Under the pieces are notes generated by a model. The model worked only from the letters and a program-made list of their open reading frames with translations, did no database searches and was not told the DNA's origin. A stretch of 64,000 bases of DNA from Podarcis liolepis. Its lineage: Eukaryota. Where the stretch lies: assembly GCA_965112155.1 (NCBI GenBank), contig OZ218105.1; one strand, 5' to 3'. Every line of letters begins with the position of its first letter. The stretch's first letter is position 1. A program made the translations under genes and the position numbers. Positions 24,957 through 37,685 of this stretch are shown one piece after another.

Positions 24957-27900
24957 CCCTGAAGATTGCTAATTTCTTCAACTGACTGGGTTCCCCAGCC
25001 CAGACTTCTTACCAGTTTGAAGAGCTGCATATGTTTGGTTTTGCCCCAACTGTTCTGCCAGTCGGTTCTGCTGGAGAAAGTAGAGTTTAGTGCTGCAAAC
25101 GGAACAACGCCACTTGAGTGGAATCAAAACCATTGTTGGTGGAGGAGCAGCCTCTTCTTTGACAGTCTGAAGCTAGCGTACAGACAGTTGCTCAGTCTGT
25201 TCACTGCATTCACCTTAGTGCAACTTAGATCTCTCCTGCAAAGTAAATGTTGATAGCCAGTTTTCATAAACCGTGTCAGATTGAATGTATTTAAATGTAT
25301 GTATTTAAGGAAAACCAACCATGCTCTCATTCTGTTCTGTTTGTAGATTTAGATCTTTATCTCTTTCTGTTTTCCTTCGCTACACAGTCTGGTGCAAAGG
25401 ATTCAGTTCCATCTGGAAATAAGTGGGTTAATATTAAAACCTCCACTTTAGGAGGCGGGGCGTTAGCTGGATTACGACTCTCATAGTGCTAAATGACAAA
25501 ATGTGGAGAACAGACATCTAACTGTTTTGGGGAAAAGGTATTTAGTTGACTAGACATCCCATGCTAGAAAACAAAACCAGTCCGTTTTGAATAGGTTTAC
25601 ATTTGTAAACAGGTTAAAATATCCTGTGAGAGGGCTGTTTTTAAAGTTCTTTTGGTTACTTTGAACAAAATCATGAGTCAAACCAATTAAGTTCCCATTC
25701 AATTGATTTCAGCATCCTAAAAAATTAACTAAAGTTAGCATCCCTTTTCTCCTGCCTTCAGTTGCCCTTTCTCTGTTTCTTTTCTTACAGGATGGAGAAA
25801 TGAATAACCCTCATTGTATCCCTAGGTTTGTTACCTGAGTTCTAGGTTGCAGGTAACTAGTTGCTAAATAATCATTTTAAATAAGGGTGCATCTTTTGGT
25901 GATGGAAGTGGCAGGATTGAGGCATAAAAAAATCAGAACTTAAAGGCATCTGATGTAAATGATAAAACTTAATTTTTCCCCCATCTCCACAACTGGGGAA
26001 AATAATGACTTAAGCTATGGCAGATATCACTACAGAGTTAACCATCATGTGTTCTAATTATTTTGAAGCAGCGGGGACTGAGGACATTTTGTAAGGTACA
26101 TAAAAACCAGTTTCTATGTAAACAAGCAATAATTTAAGTTGAAGACTTTAGTGTTTTAATTGTATAATTTTGTGAGGTATACATGTTGTGGAGTTGATTT
26201 CCAAATGAGGTACTTCAGTATTAAATTAGATATCTTCATAGCTATGTGTGTCTCCTGGGGAAAAAAGTGTTTTGTAAAGGATCACAATGCCTTGATTAGA
26301 CCTAATTTGTAGGCTTGAAACTTCATTTTCTAAACCTTGCGATTCTGCTCATAAAGTCATTTATCTAACCTTATATTATATGCAGCCACTGTAGGAGCCA
26401 ATTCTTGACTTTTTTGTATGTTTATATTCTTTCTTAATGAATCTTAGAAAAACTGTTGTTCAGCAGGCCACTGCTTAAGGTGGTTTTACTCTTACCTGCT
26501 ATGGTTCCAGTAATGTTTTAGTATAAGCTGGCATCAGTTTCTGTGGACTTAAAATACCAGGAAGCTGGTTGTTTTTGACCTCCTGTTTCTCTCTTCCCCA
26601 CAATCCACACACTTTCATACCTGGACTCAAAATTTTGGATGTTACTTAAAATGCAATGCATTTTATATTATCTCAATCATCATTCATGTATTTGGGAGAA
26701 GGTCTGTTAACCTTGAAATCTTGTTTGCTTGTGATGAGGGTTAAAATATACAAAGAATCTGACTTTCATAGAGTGCTAAGACAAAAAATAAGTTAAGGAA
26801 TATATAGAATTCATTTCAAACCATTTGTTTCCTGTTGAGTGGCTCTCCTGTTACACTGGGAGAAACTGCACTTCTGAGCAGTCACCCACCACTTTGTCGG
26901 TTAAACTCAAAAGTAGCTATTCAGACAACTGAGCCATCTGGTGGAAATCTATGATATGTCAGCCCTGAGCTCCATAACATTAAGAAAAGTTTTTTAATAT
27001 TAATAGTAAAATTATGTCTGGATTAAAATTTGATCATTTTTAACCTCTAGGTTTTGGATTAAATGTTTTACCTTTGAAATATTCTCTCTCAAAACATTTT
27101 TAATTTTAAAAAGTAGGCAAATAAGTAATTTTTAACTTGAGCCAGTTCAGAATATTTCTTCGTTTGCCCATGTTTAGTTGAATTTTAAAATAAGTGGTTA
27201 TATCCATCAGAAAATTTATTGGGGTCAATGAACTGAAAACAATGAGTAGGCATTTTCTGGGTATGTTAATCATGCTAGAGACAAAGGTAACCATGCCAAA
27301 TTAATTTCTTTTTTATAATCAGTGTTTCTAATTCCATACACAGTAAAATTGATAGAGACAGCAATTGGATTTTATGCTGGAACATAATCAGTGTTCTCTT
27401 ATAATAAGTGTGAAGAACTTAAGAGGTCTTAATTTTTTTTACAAAAATACACATATATAACCACATGGCATAGGGGGTTGGACTAGATGTCCCTTGATGG
27501 TCCCCCCCAACTCTACAATTATACAATTATATGAAAGCTCAATTCAACCAAATTCAGGTAAAGTGCTATCAGTGAAGTTGATATTTTTCAACATCTAACA
27601 GTCAATCAAAGATTTTTTAAAAATGGGGGCCCCACCAATCCATTAGTCTATATTAACTGAAAGCAATGTTTTTGCCATTTATATAAAGCATTTTTAATCT
27701 ATGTGGGTTTTCTTTCTTTCTTTTTTTACAAAAAGGAGTTCATATGGGCTTAACACATGAAAAAGGTGGTTCAGCTCTACTTGCAAAACCCAAAGATACA
27801 CAATCAGTTTTGAAATGCAACTTAAGCCATTAATTGTTGGTGTGAATTTAAAGTTTTCTAGTATTTGTATGGTAGTATTGCTACCTAAGAGCAAAAGCAT

Positions 27901-28386
27901 TCTCTGCACAAAAGAAAATTACTGTAGTGGCTTTGGTTTTTAATTAGAATTTTCTCCCTGGTGTTTCTTTGTAGACTAAAACAAAATCTTTTTAGTTTCT
28001 NNNNNNNNNNNNNNNNNNNNNNNNNNNNNNNNNNNNNNNNNNNNNNNNNNNNNNNNNNNNNNNNNNNNNNNNNNNNNNNNNNNNNNNNNNNNNNNNNNNN
28101 NNNNNNNNNNNNNNNNNNNNNNNNNNNNNNNNNNNNNNNNNNNNNNNNCATCATCACTTAGCTTTCAGTCGTTGAATAGAGATGATGGACACATTTCTTC
28201 AAGCATTGATTCTTATTTTTTTTCTTTTGTCATTTGTGGGTTTTATTTGTACAGTTCCTCATGAAGTTGCATCTGAGATGTGTATGAGTGTGTGTATATG
28301 AAAAGATTATACGAGGGTAAAACTAAGCAATATATAAACTATGGTTCTTCAGGAGAAAGCTTACAGTGTTTTCAGGTTGTGATTTA
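24957..28386 (+). other. NCOA2: NCOA2 3'UTR (3' end uncertain; spans one assembly gap and abuts another)
   Basis: AT-rich and repeat-poor; contains miRNA 8mer sites; poly(A) site not identified and may lie in an N gap. Confidence 0.6.
28001..28148. other. Assembly gap
   Basis: Run of N. Confidence 1.
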
Positions 28387-28619
28387 NNNNNNNNNNNNNN
28401 NNNNNNNNNNNNNNNNNNNNNNNNNNNNNNNNNNNNNNNNNNNNNNNNNNNNNNNNNNNNNNNNNNNNNNNNNNNNNNNNNNNNNNNNNNNNNNNNNNNN
28501 NNNNNNNNNNNNNNNNNNNNNNNNNNNNNNNNNNNNNNNNNNNNNNNNNNNNNNNNNNNNNNNNNNNNNNNNNNNNNNNNNNNNNNNNNNNNNNNNNNNN
28601 NNNNNNNNNNNNNNNNNNN
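28387..28619. other. Assembly gap
   Basis: Run of N. Confidence 1.
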
Positions 28620-29594
28620 TACATGGCTTTAGACATAGCAACATTTCTTCTGTTGTGCCATTTGTGCGTGCAAAAAGTTGTGCCAGGAGAGTCACAGCAT
28701 CCCAGTTGGTAGATGGCGCTGAGTTGAATTAAGACAGCAGGCTTCTTCATTGGTCCTCTCGATGTACTGTCTCTAGAGCTGGCATGCTTAAGTCATTCCA
28801 GTAATGGACTCTTTAATGCCTAGGTCCAAGTGCAATTAGCACAGCCAGCCATACTAAATGTGTATACCTTGGAAACCTGTGGGCAAAATCTGACCGTTTG
28901 CTTGATAAATGATCCTACTAACCAGTGTTCCCTCTCACCTGTGGCCTCATGCAGTACAGGATGAGCAGCAAAAACTGAGGGGAATGTGTATGTGTGAACT
29001 TGCCTATTACTTCTGGGCTATTAAAAAGCAGTGAGGGGGTGAGCCCACGCATTCCCCCCACTATTCCTTTGAGGACAACTACAGCTAAGAGGATTGCACT
29101 GGCTTTGAGTGCTGCATTGGAGTAGGGTGGGTGGGTGGGTGGTGGAAGAGAGACACAACTTTCAAGAAATGCAGGGCTTAAAAAAAAGAGGCTATAGAAG
29201 AACTTGACCCACTATGCAAGCCCTTTTTCTATTACTATTTTAACATTAGTTTCTCAGTTGCTACCTGAGCCATCTTAAAGAGCCTGTATAATGTAAACTG
29301 GTTGCAAGAAACACTTGGAAAACCCCAACAACTTCTATGGATTATAGCATAGCATTATAGCGCCGTAAGAACCACTCCTACACACAAGCCCAGCATATCA
29401 GGGCCCCCAATGGTACTATATCTTTTGCTGAGGAAAACTATGACACAGAAAGGATTGTTAAGTGGTGGGAAATAACCCTTCTGTGTGGCATACAAACACA
29501 AATACACATTTCTGGGGAGGTATTGCAGCCAAAGAGCGCTGCTTAAACTTTGTTGCAGAATAGACTCTATTCTCATTTGCTTTTTCTTTGAGAC

Positions 29595-29935
29595 ACAGGA
29601 AGTTGCCTTATACCAAGTCAGACCTCTGCTTCGTTTAGCTCAGCATTGTCTACACTGACTGTAGCTCTCCAGATTTCTAGAAGAGAAGGGTTCCCAGAAT
29701 CATAGAATCATAAAGGTTGGAAGGGACCCTTAGGATCATCTAGTCCAACCCTCTGCGATACAGAAATATGCAGCTGTCCCTTATGGGGATCATGGCTGCA
29801 ACTTTGGCATAACCAACACCATACTCTGACCAACGGAGCTATCTAGCTGCCAACTAGATAGCAGGAGATGCCAGGGATTGAACCTGGAAACTCCTGCATA
29901 CAAAGCCAGGTGCTGGGCTACTGCACACAGGATCC
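29595..29935 (-). mobile_element. Nested SINEs: a tRNA-head/CR1-tail SINE (~29697-29850) inside an older tRNA-derived SINE
   Basis: Inner element has a catagaatca tail and a reverse A-box head (tagctccgttggtcagag); the outer halves match the SINE at 55640-55795. Confidence 0.65.
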
Positions 29936-32900
29936 TTTCCTAAATAAAGACCTCCCCATCTTTTCAGCACCACCACACCTTACTACATTTCTTTGTGTCA
30001 CCCAGTGAAATTGACGGACAGATTTAAGTGCAAGGGTTGACATTTCGATTTTTGGCAGATTGAAAATAATTCTATTCTGGGTTTCATTAGCTATATGCTC
30101 ACTGAATTTTCTGGGTTATCTGCTGTGCTGCTACATAGATCTGAGTTACATGCTGCCTATCATTCTGAACAGTGGAGCATATCAGGAGAGACCACCACCA
30201 CCTTTGACTGATTCTCCCACTTGTTCTGTACCTCAGTAGCAAGTTGGTTTTTCTTCGGCAGGTGCTTTTACCTCTCAGTCAACTACATTTGGGGGCTAAT
30301 GGAAGTTATTTCTAATATCCTTTTGAAGCCTCCTTTTATGTGGTCACTGGTGTCGTTGGGGCAGGCAGCCTGAGCCCTCTTCAGCAAAAATTGCAGGAGG
30401 GCCTCCAAATTCAAAAGGACTAGTTGTCCATATCTTGAAGTAAGTAGAGTAAACATATTGATATCTAACAGGGCATTGCTCCTGTTTTCAAAATTGATTC
30501 CAAACTGTTCCCAACTATGATTGCTCTGAAAGGAAACTTATCAGACACTGATTACTCTGCACGGGAGGCACTTCAGGCTATAATATATAGCCTCATTCTT
30601 TGGCAATGCACAGTCATTTTGTTGACCTGCTTTCAGCTTTGTACTTATCCTAGGTTTCAAGCCAAACGGGAAGAACCAAAATGGCAAGTCCAAGTATTAC
30701 TAGTCTGGCAACTGTTCTAAGTACCACCTGCACCAGAAAGCCAAGGCTACATCATCAAACCCCACTGGAAAGGAATGAAGCCCCCTACCTGATGACAAAT
30801 CAATTTTAAACATTCTGAGGAAAACTGCTACTTAACCCCAAGAGGTGGTGGGACTAACCACACAAAGCAAAATTGGGGGTAAGGAGCAGGGAAACCAATG
30901 CAGAACAAAACCACAAAGACAAAGGTGGTGTCAGAGAGCAGCTTCAGATGACCCACTGAGCACTTTCAGCCTTTCGCTTTCTCCGTCAGTGGGAATGGAA
31001 AGTAAGCCACAGGAATGGCATTCACATCTATCACTATCTAGATGGCATTCTGCAGCAGGTGTGTCTGAAAGTACAAATAACACCAAATAAGCTCACACTA
31101 ATGTTTTATTGCCAACTGGAAAAAAGACTTGGGTGCAGGTTATCTAGCATCTAGATTCAGTTTTTTACTTGACATTCTTACTTTCTGACAGAGTGATTAA
31201 AGTGGTTGTCAATCAATAGGAACTACTCAGCATGGTCAGAATTGAAACCTTGCACAACCTTTGGAGCTCAGTAGTCTCATATACTGAAAGGATGGTTTGG
31301 CCTGCAAAGTCAACCTTCTGGGTGCTAAACAGACTGTGCTTGAAAGGGGAACTCCTGTTTCTTGGGATACAGCTTGGGCAGGGTTTTTTTTTCTCCATTG
31401 GTGAAGGATGTGAATAATGGGAAGATCCCCTTTGTGGTCTCCACCAGGAGCTGATCTTAGTTCTGCATATGCAATGCACTTTTATGCATGCATGCGCATA
31501 TATATATATATAGCCTTCCCACTTTGTCCAGTGGGGCTTACTCCTTTGTAAACCACTTCCCATGAAACACTGGTAATTGTAGCTCTGAGATGAATAGGAA
31601 TCCCCCTTAAAATTCAGCCCCATTAAATTACAGTTCCCAGGATTATTTGGGGAAAGCCATGATAGTTTAAAGTGCTGTGTTGCTGCTTTAAATGTATAGT
31701 GCCTAAGGAAATCAAAGAACGGCGCACCTTCCTCCCAGGCTTTGTTGTCGGGAAAAACATTGCCAATTCTCAAGTACAGTACTAACGGAGGAGGCCATGT
31801 TCATCCTAAAGACATGCAGCTGCAAATAGCTCCCTCTAGTGTCAGTGGAATATATTTGCACGCAAGGCAATATTTCAGACAAAGTTAAGTCAACTGTCTC
31901 CTGACTGTATAAGAAACAACTATCGCTGCTCAGGCACCCCAAGAGCGTTGCAGCAGCACCAGGTACCGCCTTGACCACAGTTCTTGTCCTATTAAACATT
32001 TCGCACTTACCCGAAGACCCGAGGGATCCGATATTGATTCTGGCATGATGAGTAAAGCACGTATGTGGGGGAAGAATCTGCCCCCAGCGCATCCTTCGGC
32101 GAACCTGGGTTGCAGCCTGCCGCCAGCTCACATCCACTTCTGGACTATCTTTGCACTCTGTTCCACCTTGCTTTGGGCAGCAAGTCCCTTTTCCTTTGTT
32201 TCCCCTTCTTTCTGTCCCTTTCACTCTCCCTCGATAACTTTGTTGAGATCTGCCGGAGAGATAGCTTTGGAGGGGGCTGCATGAAGAAACCGAACAGGCG
32301 TCGCGGCGAAGAAAAAACTAGGAGACCAGAATTTTCGCAGCTCCGGAAGTTCAGCAGGGAATGTGGGAGCGCAGGCAAGCTGTGCGCCTTCGCTTGCTCC
32401 CCTTCGTTTCTCTTTGCCGCTGGAGCCCTGGCTGCATCCTGCACGCGGGTCCTTTTTCCAGAGCGAAACTCAAAGCGCTCGTCTCTTTTCTCTGCCGAAT
32501 TGCCAGTTACTAGCAGGCACACGCAGCCGGGCACACGCAGCCGATGCTTACACCCCTTCCGTTGATCTCTTTGAAACCAAAGTCAAATTGGCTATAGGAC
32601 TCTGGTAGCCCTTGCCCATTCCTTGACCGCAGTGCAGACTTTAAAGCACGTTTAAAGGGTTGCTGCCCTTTCAGGGTCGTATAAATCGTTGCGGTGAGTT
32701 GGAAGCGATGCTCCGCCTCCGCGGATGCTGGCTGGCTTTCTTTCTTTCTTTCTTCTCTCCGGTTTGTCTTATCCCGGAGACCAAGCCTTCCTTAAAAGAT
32801 CTTACATAGAAGATCCCCTGAACGGAGGAGCTGTGCTCTTCGCTTCCTCCTCCCCACTTAAAAAGAAAGTTGTATTTATTATATTGCACGTCGAAGGTGC

Positions 32901-35900
32901 GAAGCGCAATACTTGGAGCAGGGTGGCCAGCTGCAAAAGAGGACCAGGCACCCGCACTTTTGAGAATTGCGTAGAATAAGAGGGAGGCTTCCGTGGAGAC
33001 AGCTTGGTGCACGAGCTGCTCCTGCAGAAATTAATCTAAGTTGACGATTCTGGAGGAGTCCTGGCAGCGCTAGTTGGATGTCCCATGGACATGCATTGGG
33101 GCCCTGCTTTTCCTTCAGTTTCTCCCCCCCCCCTCCGTTTGTAATAATGTTATCACAGGTGAACGTGTCGCTAAAATATAGCCTACCGGCAAGAGAATAA
33201 TTCATTGTTGATAGCAAGCATTGTATATGTGTGTGGGTTTTTTTAAATTAAATTCATTCTAGCTAATAAAATGCATGTAATTGGCTCACTCCAAGTAAGC
33301 GTACATGGAAACGGGCGGTGCATAGTATACCATGGATAGTAATAAATATTTCAGCGACTTGGTAGCCTACAGAAATCTCTTCTCCACAGAGAGATCTCCA
33401 GGATACATTAAAAAAAAATTATTCAAACAACTACATTTCCAAAAGCAGAGCAGCCTGATCAAAGTGTGTTTTGACTGCATGATTTGGGAGTACTATGAAA
33501 AGAAGTTAAATAGGGGATCTACACAGTTCTTAAAAGGACGGGTTTCAATAGAAAAACAACATTTAAAAAATCTCAGTGCATGTCATGGGGTGCTGCTCTA
33601 AAGGGCAGTGGGAAAGTGGGGGTAAGAAATTGACACTGGCTTTCAAAACACCCAAAGTTTATAATAAACATTTCGGGCGTGCCACTAATAGCTCTTTGGA
33701 AACTCATTCCCGCTGTTGGTGTGCCCGCGTGAAAGTAACGTAGGCCGGGTTGTAGCTGACATCATACTCAGAGTAAACCTACTGGACTCAATGGATTTTA
33801 GTCCACATACAACTCCTTAGTCTTTAAATGCTCTTGTATCAGATCTTTGTTTGATTGATGGCAATGCGGGGGTGGGGGTGATTTTTTTTTTATGCCAACC
33901 TTCCTGCGTCTTTGTCTCATTGTGAAAAAGTGGCTGGCCTCCCTAGTCCAAAGTTTCCGAGCCGCATTTTGAGACTTTCACACGCCATTGTTCACAGCTG
34001 CCGGCCTAACACATTTGTATGTGTAGAAGAGTTTGTGTTCTTAACGGGCAACGCTCCCTAACGTGATTTCTCCTAATTTTTCCATGACTGTGAACACACC
34101 CAAAGCTGATGGGCATTGCCATTAAAATGATGCGCGTGCGCCACTCTTGCGATCAGTTATGTGTGGCGGGGCTTATCTGCACCCCGCCCCAATGTTTTAT
34201 TCAAGTTGGCACCCCTGGTGGGTGAAAATTACAATGCAAAAGAAAACCTTTTCGCTTTATCTCCCTTGTCCCTTATTTTCCTTCAAGTTATAACCGACAT
34301 CAGTTACATTATCAAAGGTTCTCTTACCTTTCCTGGTTTCACCAGAGGGCTGCAAAATTTGGAAGCCGTCGGTGTTTTTTATTAAATTGATAGGGCTTCC
34401 TGTCGCTCTGTCATTTTCGGTTGAAACCAGAGATGAGCCAGGATGAAATGGACAAAGACTTCCTGGACCCTTTAAGGAACAATAGGGAAAACGTAGGCTG
34501 TAAATGGTCGCAAAGCACATTAAAAGTCGGGGAATTCTCTTGACAGTTCGTAAAACGCTTAAAAATGCGCGCGTGTTCTTTCTCTTTAAGAAAAAAGCCC
34601 CCAATATTTTATTCTGGGCAAACTGATCTATGATTCTAGCCTACCCTCCAGTTAAATAATTCTGAAAGGGAGGGATGTAAATTGGGGAATGTTCCTATTA
34701 CCTCAACCTGATTCACACGTGGGTGTTTGTGCTACCTGGAGGAAGACTAAGGAAAATGGGGAGGAACACAATTAACAGTTGTGTTGATTTCAGCAGGTGT
34801 AGTAGGTCACGTGGCAAACTATCCCTAATAAAATCCCGTCTTCTACAACTCCGCCTCCTTTCTTCCATCTGGCTACACTAGCAGCTGCTGGTAGGTATCT
34901 GCGCGTTTTCTCAAACTTAAATGTTCGTAGGGAGAAAAGGGAGAAAACAAGAAGCGCTTCCACGACCACCTTCCTTTGGAGAATCTCTCGGCAGCTCCTC
35001 CTATTCAATAAAACCCCTTTTGCAACATTAAAAGTAGATCAGACACTTTGGAGGCGGGTGCGGGGAATTAAGGGGACAGAACGCGGTTGGAACTTACAGT
35101 CAAGTAGTTATCGCTTCCTCTGTTCCAAATATGTATTATTATTTTTATTTATTTTGGCCGCCGTCTTTATTCCCAGGCAATGCCTTTGTCCTTCGCCTCC
35201 CCTTTGGGAGGTTCTACTCTTAGGAAACAATGTTTGCCCAGAAAACGCCTCATGCGGCACAATCTTATACAAAACTGCTCAATAAGGAGCCCCACCGTGT
35301 TAAATTGGTTTATTCTCAGGAATATGCTCGCAGAGCAACCGCCGGGAAGTGTGATGGGAGAATCTGGATGCGATCATGTCGCACGGTTTCTTGCATTTCC
35401 CAATAAGATTACCGTATTAGTTTATTTTGGGGGGGGGGGGGGACTTTGAAGGTTATCAGATTCATTCCGGCATAAGATATCGCGGACCATTCAGATGCAT
35501 GAAATGTTTTCCTGTGTTGAAAGTACAATATGCTTCCATATGCTGTTGCGGGGAGGGGGTGTAAACGGTGAAGTCAGAAGGATACTATGCGGAAATTACG
35601 AACGAGCAAGTGACAGTCACACAAGTACCGGTAACCTTTTTCCTGACATGTCACATAAACGGAATGCGGCACACTGTACTGTAATTTACAGCTAGTTGAT
35701 CGTTCTTTACCGTCGCTGTCGCGATTCCCGCTTCTCCCATAAGCCTCCAGATAAGGCTTATTAATCTGTGATTCCGAATTTCAGGATCGCCCCCCACAAC
35801 TGATGCCAAAGTTTTGTGCTGCAAACCCCGCGTTTTGTGCGACTCCCCAAACCGAGTAATTGACAAAACAAATCGGAGTTACAAGTCAAAAATCCATCCT

Positions 35901-36675
35901 TGTCCCATTGACTCCAAACCAGTGCCAAAGTTTGGTGCCATTTTGTGCCTCACCACCACCACCACCCCCGCTTTCCCAGCCCCCCCCCCCAGCTATTGAC
36001 ACTCAAAGATGAGTGGTCCTTGGCTGAGAGAATGGGCTGGGTAGAACTGGATGCTAAGGAGCGCCTCATCTTTGAGAGATCTCGGATGAACACTCCTTTT
36101 CCTTCGGTTTATTTTAACCTTCCCTGGTGAAGGTAGGACTACGGATGTTTCCACAGTACAAGTTGACAAGACCTCCTTTTTTATTTCTCTTTTTGAACAC
36201 TTCATGTAGTAAACGCTGTTGATGTAGGGAGAGCGGAAGAGAGTTGGAAACAAAACTGAGCGCCAGTGCCGGTTGCATCTTGGGCAGTCATTGCTGAGAT
36301 GTGATGCGGAGCGAAGGCTCTCCACCTTCCTCCTCCTCCTCTCCTCTAAGCAAGCCGGTCTTTGACCAATAGCTGGTGCCGTCTAAGGAGGCGGGCGAAG
36401 GTGGTGGTCGGAGAGAGACTTGCATCTCCCCGCCCGCCTCCTCCCGGCGAGCATCCTTGGAGCACCATCTGCCCGCAAGGCACACGTGGCTCCTCCTTAA
36501 GCAGCCGCTTCTGGGAGGCGCAGCGTCGAGGGGCGGCCAGAAGAACCGTCGCGGAGCAAGTTGAGCAACTCCGGAGTGAGTAGCAGCTGCGGGCAGCAAA
36601 CTTCCCTTCCTTGGCTGGCTGCCTTCCATCCCGGGAGCCTCTGACGTTGCCGGGGAGCGGGAGGCGTCCAAACAC

Positions 36676-36766
36676 CATAGCTGTCAACGCCCCCCCCCCT
36701 TTTAAGGGAAATTCCCTTATTCCGAATAGGATTCCTCGCAAGAAAAGGGGAAAGTTGACAGCTATG
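36676..36766. mobile_element. 91-bp hAT MITE
   Basis: TIR CATAGCTGTCAAC/GTTGACAGCTATG; perfect 8-bp TSD CCAAACAC. Confidence 0.9.
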
Positions 36767-37635
36767 CCAAACACCTTCTAGCGTAGATGCCTGCCAAAGA
36801 AAATCGGAGTGACTCCATTTCTAGAGCGAGCGCCAGATCACTTTTGCCAGCAGAATTACTAGGAGAGAAGGGATGCTGCTTTCTGTAGGTGTTTGGGAAG
36901 AGTATTGCGACTTTAGCTGCGGGGCGAGGACCGACCGCTCCTTAGTCCAAGGCGTCTCGCTTGCCTCCCACTCGAGCCTGCCGGCCAGCCGGGGCAGATC
37001 TGCCCTGCGAGGGCCCGCTTCTGCCCTTGGGAGGTGCTCGTTGCTTAAGCGGAGTAGGAAGCGCTCGGCCCCCTCTGTCCCTTGCCAGCGATGGAGAGCC
37101 AGATCTGACGGGAAGGACTGGTGCTGGTGTCCTCGCTCCGGAAGAGGAGGTGGCTGGGCTGGCGACACTGGTCCTGGGTCTCTAGGGCAAGAAAGCAGGG
37201 AGGTTCTGGGACGACAGCAAGCCCTGCTACTGCAGTGGGCCAGATCCCAGACGTGGACCACAAGTCCCTTTAAAGATCTCACTGATGGTTAAGTAGGGAG
37301 CATCAAGGAGTCTTTAACCCACCGCTGGTCCCTGGAGTCATTTTTATTTCATAGGCAGAGTAAATTTCCCCGCATGGATTCTGAATAGCATCCCTCGCTT
37401 TTTAGTGTCTCTGTTTAGCTTAGGGCGCCTCTGCCGTGGAGCTCAATGGGACTTATCTCCCAAATAAGAAAAGGGTGGTCAGGATCGCAGCGCAGGAGGG
37501 CCTCCTCTGTGCGCAATCCGACGTCTTTCAGGAGGTTGGGCGGCTGCATCTCTTTTGGGTCCGCTGCAGAAGGGGGCATTTCAGCTGGTCCTGGCCAGCC
37601 ATGGAAGGTGCAGGAGGAGCCCCCCGAATGGGGAG

Positions 37636-37685
37636 CATAGCTGTCAACTTTCCCCTTTTCTTGCGAGGAATCCTTGACAGCTATG
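37636..37685. mobile_element. 50-bp hAT MITE, same family, opposite orientation
   Basis: TIR CATAGCTGTCAA/TTGACAGCTATG; TSD ATGGGGAG/GTGGGGAG. Confidence 0.85.

Noticed and set aside
27885-28750. Long ORFs containing X runs
   Set aside because: Artefacts of N gaps
37177-37184. GGTCTCTA, similar to the PRDM14 binding motif (autoregulation)
   Set aside because: Single partial match, expected by chance
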